Part shown: positions 36,780-46,613 of the stretch, piece after piece
Layout: every line of letters starts with the position of its first letter
Position numbering within the stretch: the first letter of the stretch is position 1
Origin: an uncultured Gammaproteobacteria bacterium
Lineage (GTDB): Bacteria > Patescibacteriota > Microgenomatia > UBA10105 > UBA927
Assembly (NCBI GenBank): GCA_964449585.1
Contig: CAYUZE010000004.1
Coordinates: 51,063 to 115,062 of the forward strand
Reading direction: 5' to 3'
Length of the DNA stretch: 64,000 bases
The notes under the pieces: generated by a model
What the model saw: only the letters and a program-made list of their open reading frames with translations
Database searches by the model: none
What the model was told of the DNA's origin: nothing
Made by a program: the position numbers and the translations under genes

Positions 36780-37195
36780 CAGTCGCTGCGGGATATTGGG
36801 GACCCGTTTTCTTGTGGATGGCGATTATTTTTTTCCTCTCAAGTCGGCACAGCGTCAGTGTTTCGGAAGAATATTTCATCAACTTTCTTTTTTTTAAGTC
36901 GCTCCATATCATCGAATACGCCGTGCTTTACACATTGGTCGTACGGGCTGCCTATCGGACTTCGGACGTACGGCAAAAAAAAAGTGTCTATCTCCGTGCT
37001 TACCTCATTACCGTGCTCTACGCCGTCTCCGACGAGCTTCATCAGTCCTTTGTTCCGAGTCGTACGCCGCAGCCGCGCGATGTTATAATTGACGCCATCG
37101 GAGCGGGATTCGTATGGTATTACCTGAGCGTGCAGTTACCAAAAGCGCCAAAGCGACTCAAACAGTGGGCGAAACAGTTGGCCATTCCTTACTAA
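36734..37195 (+). CDS. VanZ-like family membrane protein
   Basis: AIIFFLSS..... and ...DE.HQSFVP.R.....D...D..G motifs of the VanZ family. The start is uncertain because the annotated ORF overlaps both neighbours. Confidence 0.5.
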   Translation: MEKRTGTSEKKRGFVAVAAGYWGPVFLWMAIIFFLSSRHSVSVSEEYFINFLFFKSLHIIEYAVLYTLVVRAAYRTSDVRQKKSVYLRAYLITVLYAVSDELHQSFVPSRTPQPRDVIIDAIGAGFVWYYLSVQLPKAPKRLKQWAKQLAIPY

Positions 37196-37581
37196 CGGAA
37201 GGGGAGGGGTATGCCGGGAAAACGGCACGGGTGATCTGTTTATGGGGTGAGCTGGGAAGCGGCAAAACCACCTTTGTCCAGGGAATAGCAAAAGGTATGG
37301 GGATCACTGATCGGTTGCTCTCCCCCACTTTCATTATTGTGCGACATTATAAGGTTCCTGGCGGGTCAGGCTTGCTGCATCATCTGGATTTGTATCGGAT
37401 GACGACACCGGAAGACGTGCATTCCGTAGGCCTTTCCGACATGCTTGCTGATCCGCAATCCGTCGTCATTATCGAATGGCCGGAGCGGTTGGGCGATCTG
37501 TTACCGCGGGAGCGCATCGATTTTTACTTCACCACCCAAACCGACGATACTCATATAATAGAAGGGAGGAACAATGAATGA
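37114..37581 (+). CDS. tsaE: tRNA t6A37 biosynthesis ATPase TsaE (YjeE)
   Basis: P-loop LWGELGSGKTTFVQG, SPTF.I..Y and HLDLYR motifs. Confidence 0.8.
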   Translation: MVLPERAVTKSAKATQTVGETVGHSLLTEGEGYAGKTARVICLWGELGSGKTTFVQGIAKGMGITDRLLSPTFIIVRHYKVPGGSGLLHHLDLYRMTTPEDVHSVGLSDMLADPQSVVIIEWPERLGDLLPRERIDFYFTTQTDDTHIIEGRNNE

Positions 37582-38164
37582 TCAGATAACCGAAGCGGTG
37601 ACCGTGCTTAGTCAGGGAGGCATTATTATTTTTCCCACCGATACCGCCTTTGGCATAGGGTGCCGGCTCGATAAACCGGAAAGTGTTGATCGATTATTCG
37701 CGTTGCGAAAACGACCGAGCACGCAAGCAATGCCGGTTCTGGTTGATTCCATAGCCATGGCACTCTCCTATCTCGACTCCCCTGGTGATATTGTGCGACG
37801 TATGATGCAGGCGCATTGGCCGGGGGGACTAACGATCGTTGCTCCCTGCAAAACGGACCGTATCTACTCCCCTATTCGCGGCGGTGGAACGACGATCGGC
37901 GTTCGTATGCCGGATCATGAAATTACCCGATCAATTATCACGGGAGCGACGGTACCGATTCTCGGGTCATCCGCCAATTTTCATGGGGAAAAAACGCCGT
38001 TTCATCTTACTGATTTGGATCCTCAGCTGGTACAGCTGGTTGACTATGTAGTGTCGGGCAGTTGCAAGGTGGGAAAGGCCTCGACGGTCGTCGATACGAC
38101 GCAAACTCCCGCTGTCATCGTTCGCGAGGGAGCGGTTCATTTAGCGCCGCATGAACTGTTATGA
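37574..38164 (+). CDS. tsaC: L-threonylcarbamoyladenylate synthase TsaC/YrdC
   Basis: YrdC fold motifs I..PTDT.FG.GC, R....RP....PVLV, G.S.N..G. Confidence 0.85.
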   Translation: MNDQITEAVTVLSQGGIIIFPTDTAFGIGCRLDKPESVDRLFALRKRPSTQAMPVLVDSIAMALSYLDSPGDIVRRMMQAHWPGGLTIVAPCKTDRIYSPIRGGGTTIGVRMPDHEITRSIITGATVPILGSSANFHGEKTPFHLTDLDPQLVQLVDYVVSGSCKVGKASTVVDTTQTPAVIVREGAVHLAPHELL

Positions 38165-38481
38165 ATAACGCTGCCGTGATTCTTGCCATTGATACCTCCG
38201 GCATACGGGAGACGAAGGTGTCGCTTACGGTCGGTGAAAAAACCTACCAACGACACACCACCGAAAAGCTTCCCCGCTCACAAACCGTATTGCCGTTTAT
38301 TGAAGAGGTGCTTCGTGAGGCTAACCTTCCCGCCGACGCCATCACGGAAATTATCGTCAATACGGGACCCGGTTCGTACACAGGGCTCCGGGTCGGGATC
38401 ACCGTCGCCAATACGCTTGCGACCCTGTTAGCCGTCCCCGTTAACGGCAAAAAAACGCTTGCCGTTCCCCGCTATTCGTGA
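38161..38481 (+). CDS. tsaB: TsaB (YeaZ)-like N-terminal-domain-only protein (106 aa)
   Basis: ILAIDTS........L and GPGSYTGLRVG..VA..LA motif of the TsaB/YeaZ ASKHA N-lobe; truncated relative to canonical TsaB. Confidence 0.65.
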   Translation: MNNAAVILAIDTSGIRETKVSLTVGEKTYQRHTTEKLPRSQTVLPFIEEVLREANLPADAITEIIVNTGPGSYTGLRVGITVANTLATLLAVPVNGKKTLAVPRYS

Positions 38482-38544
38482 TACCACTAAGAATGAATAT
38501 ATTTCCCGCCGCTTACTATTTTTGGCGGGGATAAAGGAGCGTTT

Positions 38545-39129
38545 ATGGCAAAAAAAGAAACGGAAGCCGTGAAAAAGGGTACAAATCCCCTGGTGTTTGT
38601 CGGAGTCGGTTGTCTTGTCCTCCTGGTGGTATTGGGAGTAGGAAGCGCGGTTGCCTTTAAGTTTTTTGCCAATACGGTAGGCAAGGGCATGGTGGAAAAA
38701 GCCATTGAAGCCAAGACCGGAGTGAAAACCGATATCAGCAATCTTGAAGACGGCAAAATGACCTTCACCGACAGTAAAACGGGCGCGCAGGTGAATATCG
38801 GTACCGGGGAAATTCCCGCCGCATTCCCCAAAGATTTTCCGGTATATCCGGATGCCAAGGTCACAAGCTCGCTATCCGGCGCGGAAGCGGGGAAAAACAA
38901 CGGATACTGGCTTACGTTTGAAACCGCCGATGCTCTCGATACGGTCGCCGCCTTTTATAAGGCTGAATTTGCCAAAAACGGATGGACCGTCGAATCGACG
39001 TATACGGCTAATGACACCACCACACAGGCGGTGAAGAAAGCTGACTGGCGCGGTTCTCTTTCGCTCGCGAAGGATGGCTCGGGAGGGAAGACGCAGATTG
39101 TCATTATCCTCGGGCAGGAACAGGAATAA
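38545..39129 (+). CDS. Hypothetical membrane-anchored protein (194 aa)
   Basis: N-terminal TM helix and a soluble domain; ORF only. Confidence 0.45.
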   Translation: MAKKETEAVKKGTNPLVFVGVGCLVLLVVLGVGSAVAFKFFANTVGKGMVEKAIEAKTGVKTDISNLEDGKMTFTDSKTGAQVNIGTGEIPAAFPKDFPVYPDAKVTSSLSGAEAGKNNGYWLTFETADALDTVAAFYKAEFAKNGWTVESTYTANDTTTQAVKKADWRGSLSLAKDGSGGKTQIVIILGQEQE

Positions 39130-39252
39130 ACGATTGCGGGCAGGCGCAAGCTTCTTTGTTATTCGATCAGCCACGGACAGTTGTCCGTGGCGTTCGTTTT
39201 TTCCGACGTAGGGAACAACCCCGACGCGTGCCTCTTGCAGGAGGGGAGGGAA

Positions 39253-40236
39253 ATGGTGGAGTATAGATATATGCGCCTGTTTCGGATGCTTCATCATTGG
39301 TTCGTTCCTCACGAGGGGAATAACCATCGTGCGAAAGCACTTCATCATGATGCGCTTTTTGCCTATGTCTTACTGCTTGCAGTGTTTAACCTGGGTATTC
39401 GTTATTTCCATGGAGCGATGCCTGATGTGTTGGGATATGCAACCGATATCCGTATCGATCAACTGATTGCCGCAACCAACGCGAAACGAGCCGAAGCCGG
39501 TCTTCCCGCAGTGAGTTTAAACGGCACCCTTTCTCAGGCGGCGGCGGCCAAGGCTGCCGATATGTTTGCCAATAATTATTGGGCGCATAACAGTCCCGCA
39601 GGAAAGACACCGTGGGATTTTATTATCGGTGCGGGATACCGCTATACGTTAGCGGGAGAGAATCTTGCCAAGAATTTTCAGACGAGTGACGGGGTAGTAG
39701 AAGCGTGGATGAACAGTCCGACACACCGGGCAAACATCGTCAAAAGCGGGTATCGTGATGTAGGATTTGCGGTAGTAAACGGGGTATTAAACGGGGAAGA
39801 AACAACCCTTGTCGTGCAGATGTTCGGAACCACGGCTGCCGCCCCGATCGCCCAGATACCCAAGGCGGAAGCGGCGGGACCCGCGCCGACGACCGCTCCG
39901 AAAGTCGTTCCTCAAACCGAGGAAAAGCCGGTAACCGTCGTGCCCACCGAACCTGCCGCGGTCAACACCACCCCCGCGGTTATGCCATCTCCGGCGCTGG
40001 TTTCCGGTTTTTCGTTTGAAAAATTCATCGCAACACCCAGGATAGACATCACCTCGCTCACGAGCTCTGTGGTATTTGTCGTCGTAGGGGTACTTATCGG
40101 CATATTGGCGGTGGATGCGTACATTGTTGGAAAGAAGCGGGTAGTACGGCTTGCGGGGCATAACGTTGCACATATGTTATTCCTCTTAACGATTGTGATA
40201 GGAGGGCTTTCAATCGCCCGGGGGAGCCTATTATGA
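39253..40236 (+). CDS. CAP/SCP (YkwD-like) domain protein with N- and C-terminal TM segments
   Basis: NYWAHNSP, LAGENLA and W..S..HR.N CAP-domain motifs; a Pro/Thr/Ala-rich linker; C-terminal hydrophobic helices. Confidence 0.7.
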   Translation: MVEYRYMRLFRMLHHWFVPHEGNNHRAKALHHDALFAYVLLLAVFNLGIRYFHGAMPDVLGYATDIRIDQLIAATNAKRAEAGLPAVSLNGTLSQAAAAKAADMFANNYWAHNSPAGKTPWDFIIGAGYRYTLAGENLAKNFQTSDGVVEAWMNSPTHRANIVKSGYRDVGFAVVNGVLNGEETTLVVQMFGTTAAAPIAQIPKAEAAGPAPTTAPKVVPQTEEKPVTVVPTEPAAVNTTPAVMPSPALVSGFSFEKFIATPRIDITSLTSSVVFVVVGVLIGILAVDAYIVGKKRVVRLAGHNVAHMLFLLTIVIGGLSIARGSLL

Positions 40237-40481
40237 AACAACAGACAATGCTTGAGTCTATGGTGCTGTTTTGTATATTAGGAGGAGGTCTTTTTACCTT
40301 TTGGTATGCCAAGGGGAACGTAAACCTTCAACTGACGATCGGTGCCCTTATGACGGTGGCCTATGTGCTATGGGGAATTATGCGGCATCACGCGGCAAAA
40401 AGTCTTCACCGGAAGATTGTGATAGAATATGTGCTCGTGGGTATAATAGCCCTTGTATTACTGGCGACACTGGCCATCTAG
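40233..40481 (+). CDS. Small 2-TM membrane protein (82 aa)
   Basis: Two hydrophobic helices; ATGA overlap with the upstream gene. Confidence 0.4.
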   Translation: MKQQTMLESMVLFCILGGGLFTFWYAKGNVNLQLTIGALMTVAYVLWGIMRHHAAKSLHRKIVIEYVLVGIIALVLLATLAI

Positions 40482-40496
40482 GAAAGGAGTACCGAT

Positions 40497-41246
40497 ATGA
40501 AAGGCGTTATCCTTGCAGGCGGACTTGCGACAAGATTACGGCCGCTTACCGCGGTTACCAATAAGCATCTTCTCCCGGTTTATAACAAGCCGATGATTTA
40601 TTATCCGCTCGAGGTAATGCGACGGGTGGGGATGAAAGAAGTGCTGCTTATCACCAGCGGCGGACATGTCGGCGACTTTGCCAATCTCCTCCTTTCCGGT
40701 GAAGAGTTCGGTCTCCGGCTTTATTATGCAATTCAGCAGAATCCGACCGGGGGTATTGCGGACGGATTAAAGCTTGCCGAAGAATTTGCCCGCAATGAAC
40801 CGATTCTGGTAATTCTCGGGGACAATATTTTCAACTTTGATCTCACGGCTTCAATGAAACGGTTTGAAGAAATGATTGCACGGGATAAAAAAGGCGCCAT
40901 GGTGTTCGGCGTTCACCGCGAGAAGCTTGCCCAACAATACGGTGTCATCGAGATGGATGCGGAAAACCGGGTGTTAAGTATTGAGGAAAAGCCTGAACAT
41001 CCCAAAAGTGACGTTGCGCAGACGGGGATTTACATGTATGACAACCGGGCATTTGAATTCATCAAACAGCTCACTCCCTCCGCCCGCGGGCAACTGGAAG
41101 TGACGGATCTTAATAACATGTACCTTCGTGAGCGGTCACTGCGGTGTGAACTCATTGACTGGTGGGTGGATGCGGGGACGTCGCATGATGAATTGCTTGA
41201 AGCCAACATTAAGGCGGCCGAATTCGTAAAGCAAGGAAAACTCTAA
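40497..41246 (+). CDS. Sugar-1-phosphate nucleotidyltransferase (short RmlA-like)
   Basis: GVILAGGLATRLRPLT..TNKHLLPV nucleotidyltransferase motif; 249 aa. Confidence 0.75.
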   Translation: MKGVILAGGLATRLRPLTAVTNKHLLPVYNKPMIYYPLEVMRRVGMKEVLLITSGGHVGDFANLLLSGEEFGLRLYYAIQQNPTGGIADGLKLAEEFARNEPILVILGDNIFNFDLTASMKRFEEMIARDKKGAMVFGVHREKLAQQYGVIEMDAENRVLSIEEKPEHPKSDVAQTGIYMYDNRAFEFIKQLTPSARGQLEVTDLNNMYLRERSLRCELIDWWVDAGTSHDELLEANIKAAEFVKQGKL

Positions 41247-42262
41247 TGCGATTACTCGTCACCGGCGGTGCCGGATTTATCGGTACAAACTTTATCATCT
41301 ATTGGCTCAAAACCCATCCCGATGATACGGTCGTCAACTTTGATAAGTTGACGTACGCCGGTAACCTCGAGAACCTCATAAGCGTCGAAAACGATTCCCG
41401 CTACTCGTTTATCCAGGGAGATATTTGTGACACGAAAGCGGTGGCTTCCGCGATGGAAGGCATTGATACCGTGGTGCACTTTGCCGCGGAAAGTCATGTG
41501 GATCGCTCGATTTTGGAGGCTTCTCCGTTTATCACGACGAATGTCGTGGGGACTCACGTGTTGTTGGACGCGGCGCTCAAGGCAAACGTCGGAAGATTTC
41601 ATCATGTATCCACCGATGAGGTGTTCGGCGCGTTGCCGCTCGGAACCAACGATAAATTCCGGGAGACAACCGCGTATGATCCCCGCAGTCCGTACTCGGC
41701 AAGCAAGGCGGGATCGGATCATCTGGTGCGAGCCTATTACCACACCTTCGGGCTTCCGATTACCATCACCAACTGCTCCAATAATTACGGTCCTTACCAA
41801 TTTCCGGAAAAACTTATTCCGCTTGCGATAACCAATCTGTTGGAAGGAAAAAAAGTACCGATATACGGTGACGGAAAATACGTCAGAGATTGGCTGTATG
41901 TGGATGATCACTGCAGGGCAATCGATGCGGTCTTAACCTCGGGGAAAATCGGGGAGACCTATTGTGTCGGGGGCCTTACGGAAGACATGGATAACCTTAC
42001 CATCATCCGCGCAATCCTTGCGATCATGGGCAAGGATGAATCTTCGCTCGAATTTGTCAAAGACCGCCCCGGTCATGATCGCCGGTACGCGGTGGATTGG
42101 ACGAAGATACAAAAAGAATTAGGATGGAAGCCGCAAAATGATTTTCATACCTGGCTTGTCGCCACCGTGGAGTGGTACAAAAACAATGATGCCTGGTGGA
42201 AAAACGTCAAAACAGGCGCGTACAAAGCATATTACGAGAAACAATATCAACGCCCGCTATGA
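41246..42262 (+). CDS. rfbB: dTDP-glucose 4,6-dehydratase
   Basis: GGAGFIG, YSASKA(G)SD and the NNYGPYQFPEKLIP motif of RmlB. Confidence 0.9.
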   Translation: MRLLVTGGAGFIGTNFIIYWLKTHPDDTVVNFDKLTYAGNLENLISVENDSRYSFIQGDICDTKAVASAMEGIDTVVHFAAESHVDRSILEASPFITTNVVGTHVLLDAALKANVGRFHHVSTDEVFGALPLGTNDKFRETTAYDPRSPYSASKAGSDHLVRAYYHTFGLPITITNCSNNYGPYQFPEKLIPLAITNLLEGKKVPIYGDGKYVRDWLYVDDHCRAIDAVLTSGKIGETYCVGGLTEDMDNLTIIRAILAIMGKDESSLEFVKDRPGHDRRYAVDWTKIQKELGWKPQNDFHTWLVATVEWYKNNDAWWKNVKTGAYKAYYEKQYQRPL

Positions 42263-43149
42263 AATTTTTAGGTACGGGACTGTCGGGGCTTGTCGGTTCC
42301 CGCGTCGTCTCTCTGCTTTCAACACATACCTTCGTCAATTATAGCCTCGAAAGCGGCGTCGACATCACCGATCGCGAAACGATCATGCGCCGCATTACCG
42401 ATGATACCGAAGCGACGTGGGTGCTACATTTTGCCGCATATACCAATGTGCAGCAGGCTGAATCCGATAAGGATTTGGGAGAGAAAAGTCCGGCATGGCA
42501 GGTCAACGTCGCCGCAACCCAGTCAATTGTCGATGCATGCCGTGCGTCCGGTAAACACCTCCTCTACATCGATACGGATTATGCGTTTGACGGTACCCGC
42601 GACCGTTATACCGAAGATGATCCGGTAAGCCCGCTCGGTTGGTATGCCAAGACAAAATCTGAAGGAGCAAAACGGGTGCTTGCGCTTGATTCGTACGGCA
42701 CGGTCATACGGATTTCCAATCCGTATAGGGCACACCCGGTGGGCAAGAAAGATTTTGTGCATAAAATGATGGAACGGCTATCCGCACGCCAGGAGATTGT
42801 TGCCCCCGCCGACCAGTTGTTTGTGCCGACGTTCATCGATGATATCGCGGGCGCGATAGAAAAATTGGTTGCCGTTTCCGCTTCGGGTATCTATCATGTC
42901 ACGGGAACGCAAGCAATCTCTCCGTTTGATGCCGCATACGCCGTTGCGGAAACATTCGGGTATGACGCCAAGCTGGTGAAACCCGTCAGTTTCGCCGAGT
43001 ATTTTGCCGGCAAGGCTCCCGTCCCCCAAAAAGCGGTGCTTGCCACCGATAAGATCCGCGCGCTGGGAGTGACGCTCCACGGATTCAATGACGGTATTGC
43101 TGAGGTGAAAAAACAGGAGGAACAAACGGCCGGCGGGAAAACGGTATGA
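42259..43149 (+). CDS. rfbD: dTDP-4-dehydrorhamnose reductase
   Basis: SDR with G.G..G and the YxxxK of RmlD. ATGA overlap with rfbB; length 296 aa. Confidence 0.75.
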   Translation: MKFLGTGLSGLVGSRVVSLLSTHTFVNYSLESGVDITDRETIMRRITDDTEATWVLHFAAYTNVQQAESDKDLGEKSPAWQVNVAATQSIVDACRASGKHLLYIDTDYAFDGTRDRYTEDDPVSPLGWYAKTKSEGAKRVLALDSYGTVIRISNPYRAHPVGKKDFVHKMMERLSARQEIVAPADQLFVPTFIDDIAGAIEKLVAVSASGIYHVTGTQAISPFDAAYAVAETFGYDAKLVKPVSFAEYFAGKAPVPQKAVLATDKIRALGVTLHGFNDGIAEVKKQEEQTAGGKTV

Positions 43150-43188
43150 TGGCCTACTGTACAGTCGGGTGATAATTGCGTATACTAT

Positions 43189-44490
43189 TTGCTTATGACA
43201 ATCGCATTTGTCGGTCACGGTTATGTCGGACTCGTCACCGCCGCGGTGTTTGCGGATCTTGGGAATACCGTTTGGGTGGTTGGACGAACGAAGGAAAAAA
43301 TCGAACGCCTTAAAAAAGGTGATCCGTTAATCTATGAACCGGGACTTGATGAACTGCTCAAACGCAATCTTGCCGCGGGCAGATTGAAGTTTACGCTTGA
43401 TTATAAAGAAGCGGTTACCGCGTCTTCGGTAGTGTTTATTGCGGTGGGTACTCCTTCCAAAGCAAACGGGGAAGCGGACCTTAGTCAGGTGTTTGCCGCC
43501 GCGGAAGAAATCGGAAAATCGCTTGTCGGCTATAAAGTGGTTGTCACGAAAAGTACCGTACCTCCGGGAACCGGGAAGAAAGTCGCCGCGATCGTTGAGA
43601 AGGCAAAACCCGCCGGCTCCTCGTTTGCCATTGCTTCCTGTCCGGAATTTTTACGGGAGGGGACGGGGCTTTCAGACACGTTGCATCCTGACCGCGTGGT
43701 AATAGGAACCAACTCCGATCGGGCACGGGATATCTTAGTAGAGCTCCATAAGTCAATCGACGGCAAAGCGGTGCTTTGCAATGTGGAAACCGCCGAACTC
43801 ATCAAATACGCCTCCAATTCCATGTTGGCAACCAAAATTTCATTTGCAAACGCCATTGCCTTTATGGCGGAAAAAGTGGGGGCCGACGTCGAGCGCGTGC
43901 TTGAAGGGGTCGGTCTGGATAAGCGAATCGGGAGAAGCTTCCTTTATCCCGGTGTCGGCTACGGAGGCAGCTGTTTCCCGAAGGACGTCAAAGCGCTCAT
44001 CGCGATTGCCGGTGAGTATGGCTATGATTTTACCCTCCTTAAAGCCGTCCATGAGGTCAATAATGAAGCCCGGAAAAATTTTGTGGAGAAGATAACCCGT
44101 CACTTCACATCGCTTGAAGGGAAAACCATCGCGGTATTGGGGCTCGCCTTTAAACCGGATACCGACGACATGCGGGAGGCACCGGCAACCGATATCGTTG
44201 CCGCTCTCCTGAAGGCGGGAGCAACGGTTGCGGTGTACGATCCGATCGCGATGGAGAAAGCAAAAGAGAAATTGCCGAAAGAGGTGCGGTATGCCAAGGA
44301 TCCGTATGACGCCGTCCGTGATGCGGATGCGGTGGCGATTGTTACCGAATGGAATGAATTCCGTCAGTTAGATCTTGTGCGTCTAGCCCGCGGCATGAAA
44401 CATATGGTATTATTTGATGGAAGAAATATTTACGAGCCCGCACGAGTGCGAGAGCTCGGATTTATGTATTATGGTGTCGGTCGAATGTAA
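43189..44490 (+). CDS. ugd: UDP-glucose 6-dehydrogenase family protein
   Basis: N-terminal GxGYVG Rossmann, catalytic GGSCFPKD and a C-terminal UDP-binding domain. Confidence 0.85.
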   Translation: MLMTIAFVGHGYVGLVTAAVFADLGNTVWVVGRTKEKIERLKKGDPLIYEPGLDELLKRNLAAGRLKFTLDYKEAVTASSVVFIAVGTPSKANGEADLSQVFAAAEEIGKSLVGYKVVVTKSTVPPGTGKKVAAIVEKAKPAGSSFAIASCPEFLREGTGLSDTLHPDRVVIGTNSDRARDILVELHKSIDGKAVLCNVETAELIKYASNSMLATKISFANAIAFMAEKVGADVERVLEGVGLDKRIGRSFLYPGVGYGGSCFPKDVKALIAIAGEYGYDFTLLKAVHEVNNEARKNFVEKITRHFTSLEGKTIAVLGLAFKPDTDDMREAPATDIVAALLKAGATVAVYDPIAMEKAKEKLPKEVRYAKDPYDAVRDADAVAIVTEWNEFRQLDLVRLARGMKHMVLFDGRNIYEPARVRELGFMYYGVGRM

Positions 44491-44515
44491 AAAAAATTTG
44501 TAAGGAGGAGCGTAT

Positions 44516-45472
44516 ATGGCAAAAAAAGCATTGATCACGGGAATCGCGGGTTTTGTAGGAAGCCACATGGCAGAACTTTTGCTCTCCAAAGGCTATGAAG
44601 TCTACGGACTTTGCAGACCGCGAAGCAAAATGGATCATATCGAATCCATAAAGACCAAGCTCCACCTCGAGGATGCCGACCTTCTTGATAGTCACAGCAT
44701 GTACACGACGATCAACAAAATAAAGCCGGATTACATCTTCCATTTGGCCGCGCAGTCATTTGTACCCACCTCATGGGGATCACCTGCGGTGACGCTTGAA
44801 GTCAACATAGTAGGAAGCGCCAATGTGTTCGAGGCGGTTCGTCAGGTCGGTATCGACCCCGTTATCCAAATCGCCTGTTCTTCCGAAGAATACGGGTTGG
44901 TGCATGCCGATGAGGTGCCGATTAAGGAAACCAATCCGCTCCGGCCGCTTTCGCCGTACGCGGTAAGTAAGCTTGCAATGGATTACCTGGGATACCAATA
45001 TTTTGAATCCTATAAGATGCGGATCATCCGAACCCGCGGATTCAATCATACCGGACCGCGCCGGGGTGACACGTTTGCAGAATCAACGTTTGCCAAACAG
45101 ATCGCACTTATCGAAAAGGGCAAGCAGGAACCCGTGATTTATGTCGGCAATCTTGAGGCTGAGCGTGACTATACCGACGTTCGCGATATGGTGCGCGCTT
45201 ACCTCCTGGCCGTCGAGAAATGCGATGCCGGTGACGTCTATAACATCGCAACGGGAAATGCGATCAAGATCGCCGACGTGTTAAAGCTCATGCTCTCCAT
45301 GAGTAAGGTACAGGTGGAAATTAAGGAAGATCCGAAGCGCATGCGTCCTTCAGACGTACCGATTCTTATCGGAGATAATTCAAAATTTGTTGAAAAGACC
45401 GGGTGGAAACCGGAGATTCCCTTCACCAAGACCGCTGAGGATCTTCTCAACTATTGGAGAGAAAGAGTCTAA
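44516..45472 (+). CDS. NAD-dependent sugar-nucleotide 4,6-dehydratase/epimerase (GMD-like)
   Basis: GIAGFVGSH, CSSEEYG, YAVSK and the GFNHTGPRRG motif typical of the GDP-mannose 4,6-dehydratase subfamily. Confidence 0.7.
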   Translation: MAKKALITGIAGFVGSHMAELLLSKGYEVYGLCRPRSKMDHIESIKTKLHLEDADLLDSHSMYTTINKIKPDYIFHLAAQSFVPTSWGSPAVTLEVNIVGSANVFEAVRQVGIDPVIQIACSSEEYGLVHADEVPIKETNPLRPLSPYAVSKLAMDYLGYQYFESYKMRIIRTRGFNHTGPRRGDTFAESTFAKQIALIEKGKQEPVIYVGNLEAERDYTDVRDMVRAYLLAVEKCDAGDVYNIATGNAIKIADVLKLMLSMSKVQVEIKEDPKRMRPSDVPILIGDNSKFVEKTGWKPEIPFTKTAEDLLNYWRERV

Positions 45473-45498
45473 GATACCGGTGCGCTCGCGGTCCACTT

Positions 45499-46611
45499 AT
45501 GAAAGCGGTTATTATTCTGCCAACGTATAACGAGCGGGAAAATATCACCAGCATGTTAACGAAGCTGGTGGATGTGATGGAGAAAGTAAAGCGCTTTTCG
45601 TATGCGATCCTGGTCGTCGATGACACTTCCCCCGACGGTACCGCCGAACTTGTTCGGGCCTTTGCCAAAACCCACCGTGAAGTTCATCTTTTGACCGGAA
45701 AGAAAGAAGGACTCGGAAAAGCGTTGCTTCGCGGGATGAGTTATGCGATCGACACGCTGCATGCCGAAGTCATTGCCCAGCTTGATGCCGATTTGTCGCA
45801 TGATCCGGAAGCCCTCCCCGAATTTTTCAAAAAAATTGCGGCGGGAGATGATTTTGTCGTAGGCACCCGATATATTCCCGGCGGTTCCATACCTGAGAAT
45901 TGGGGACTCCACCGAAAAATTTTTAGCGTGGTGGGAAATGCCATTGTCCGTTTCGGACTCGGATTCCCGTACGTCCATGACTGGACCGGAGGGTACCGGG
46001 TATTTCGTAAAGAATACTTCGAACGGGCAAAGGATAAAATGGCAAAATACAGCGGGTATGTGTATCAGATCGCGTTTCTTCATAGTGCCATCGTGGATGG
46101 GGCAAAAGTTGGTGAAGTGCCGATCCATTTTACGGACCGGAGATACGGGCGGTCAAAAATTGCGCCCCTTCAATATATACGGAATGTATTTTTGTACGTC
46201 GGACGCGCCCGCTTTCATCAGTTGCGTCACGGTCCGTTTGCCAAGTTTGCGGTAGTGGGAACGGTGGGATTTGTCATTAACACGACGATCCTCGAGCTGG
46301 CGGTGCGAGGAGGGTTTCATCCGGCTGTGGGAAGCGCAATAGGAGCGGAGTGTGCGATTATTTCGAACTTTTTCTTCAATAACGGCTGGACGTTTCGCGG
46401 GAAGAAAATCAGCGGGTTAAGGCTTATTCCTAAATTTCTGCAGTTTAATGCGACGTCATTGGGCGCGCTCCTTATCCAGTCGGGTACCGTCGCGTTGGGA
46501 ACGCATTTCTTCGGTGAAAATCTCTACCGTCTGTTCTATCTCATGGGGGTGGGCATCGGACTTGTCTGGAATTACACCATGTACTCACGGGTAATTTGGA
46601 AGAATAAATAA
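45499..46611 (+). CDS. Polyprenyl-phosphate glycosyltransferase (GT2, Dpm1/GtrB-like) fused to a C-terminal GtrA-like 4-TM domain
   Basis: ILPTYNE, VDD.S.DGT and DAD motifs in the GT2 domain. The C-terminus FAKFAVVGTVGFVINTTIL...NFFFNNGWTF is GtrA-family. Confidence 0.8.
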   Translation: MKAVIILPTYNERENITSMLTKLVDVMEKVKRFSYAILVVDDTSPDGTAELVRAFAKTHREVHLLTGKKEGLGKALLRGMSYAIDTLHAEVIAQLDADLSHDPEALPEFFKKIAAGDDFVVGTRYIPGGSIPENWGLHRKIFSVVGNAIVRFGLGFPYVHDWTGGYRVFRKEYFERAKDKMAKYSGYVYQIAFLHSAIVDGAKVGEVPIHFTDRRYGRSKIAPLQYIRNVFLYVGRARFHQLRHGPFAKFAVVGTVGFVINTTILELAVRGGFHPAVGSAIGAECAIISNFFFNNGWTFRGKKISGLRLIPKFLQFNATSLGALLIQSGTVALGTHFFGENLYRLFYLMGVGIGLVWNYTMYSRVIWKNK

Positions 46612-46613
46612 CG

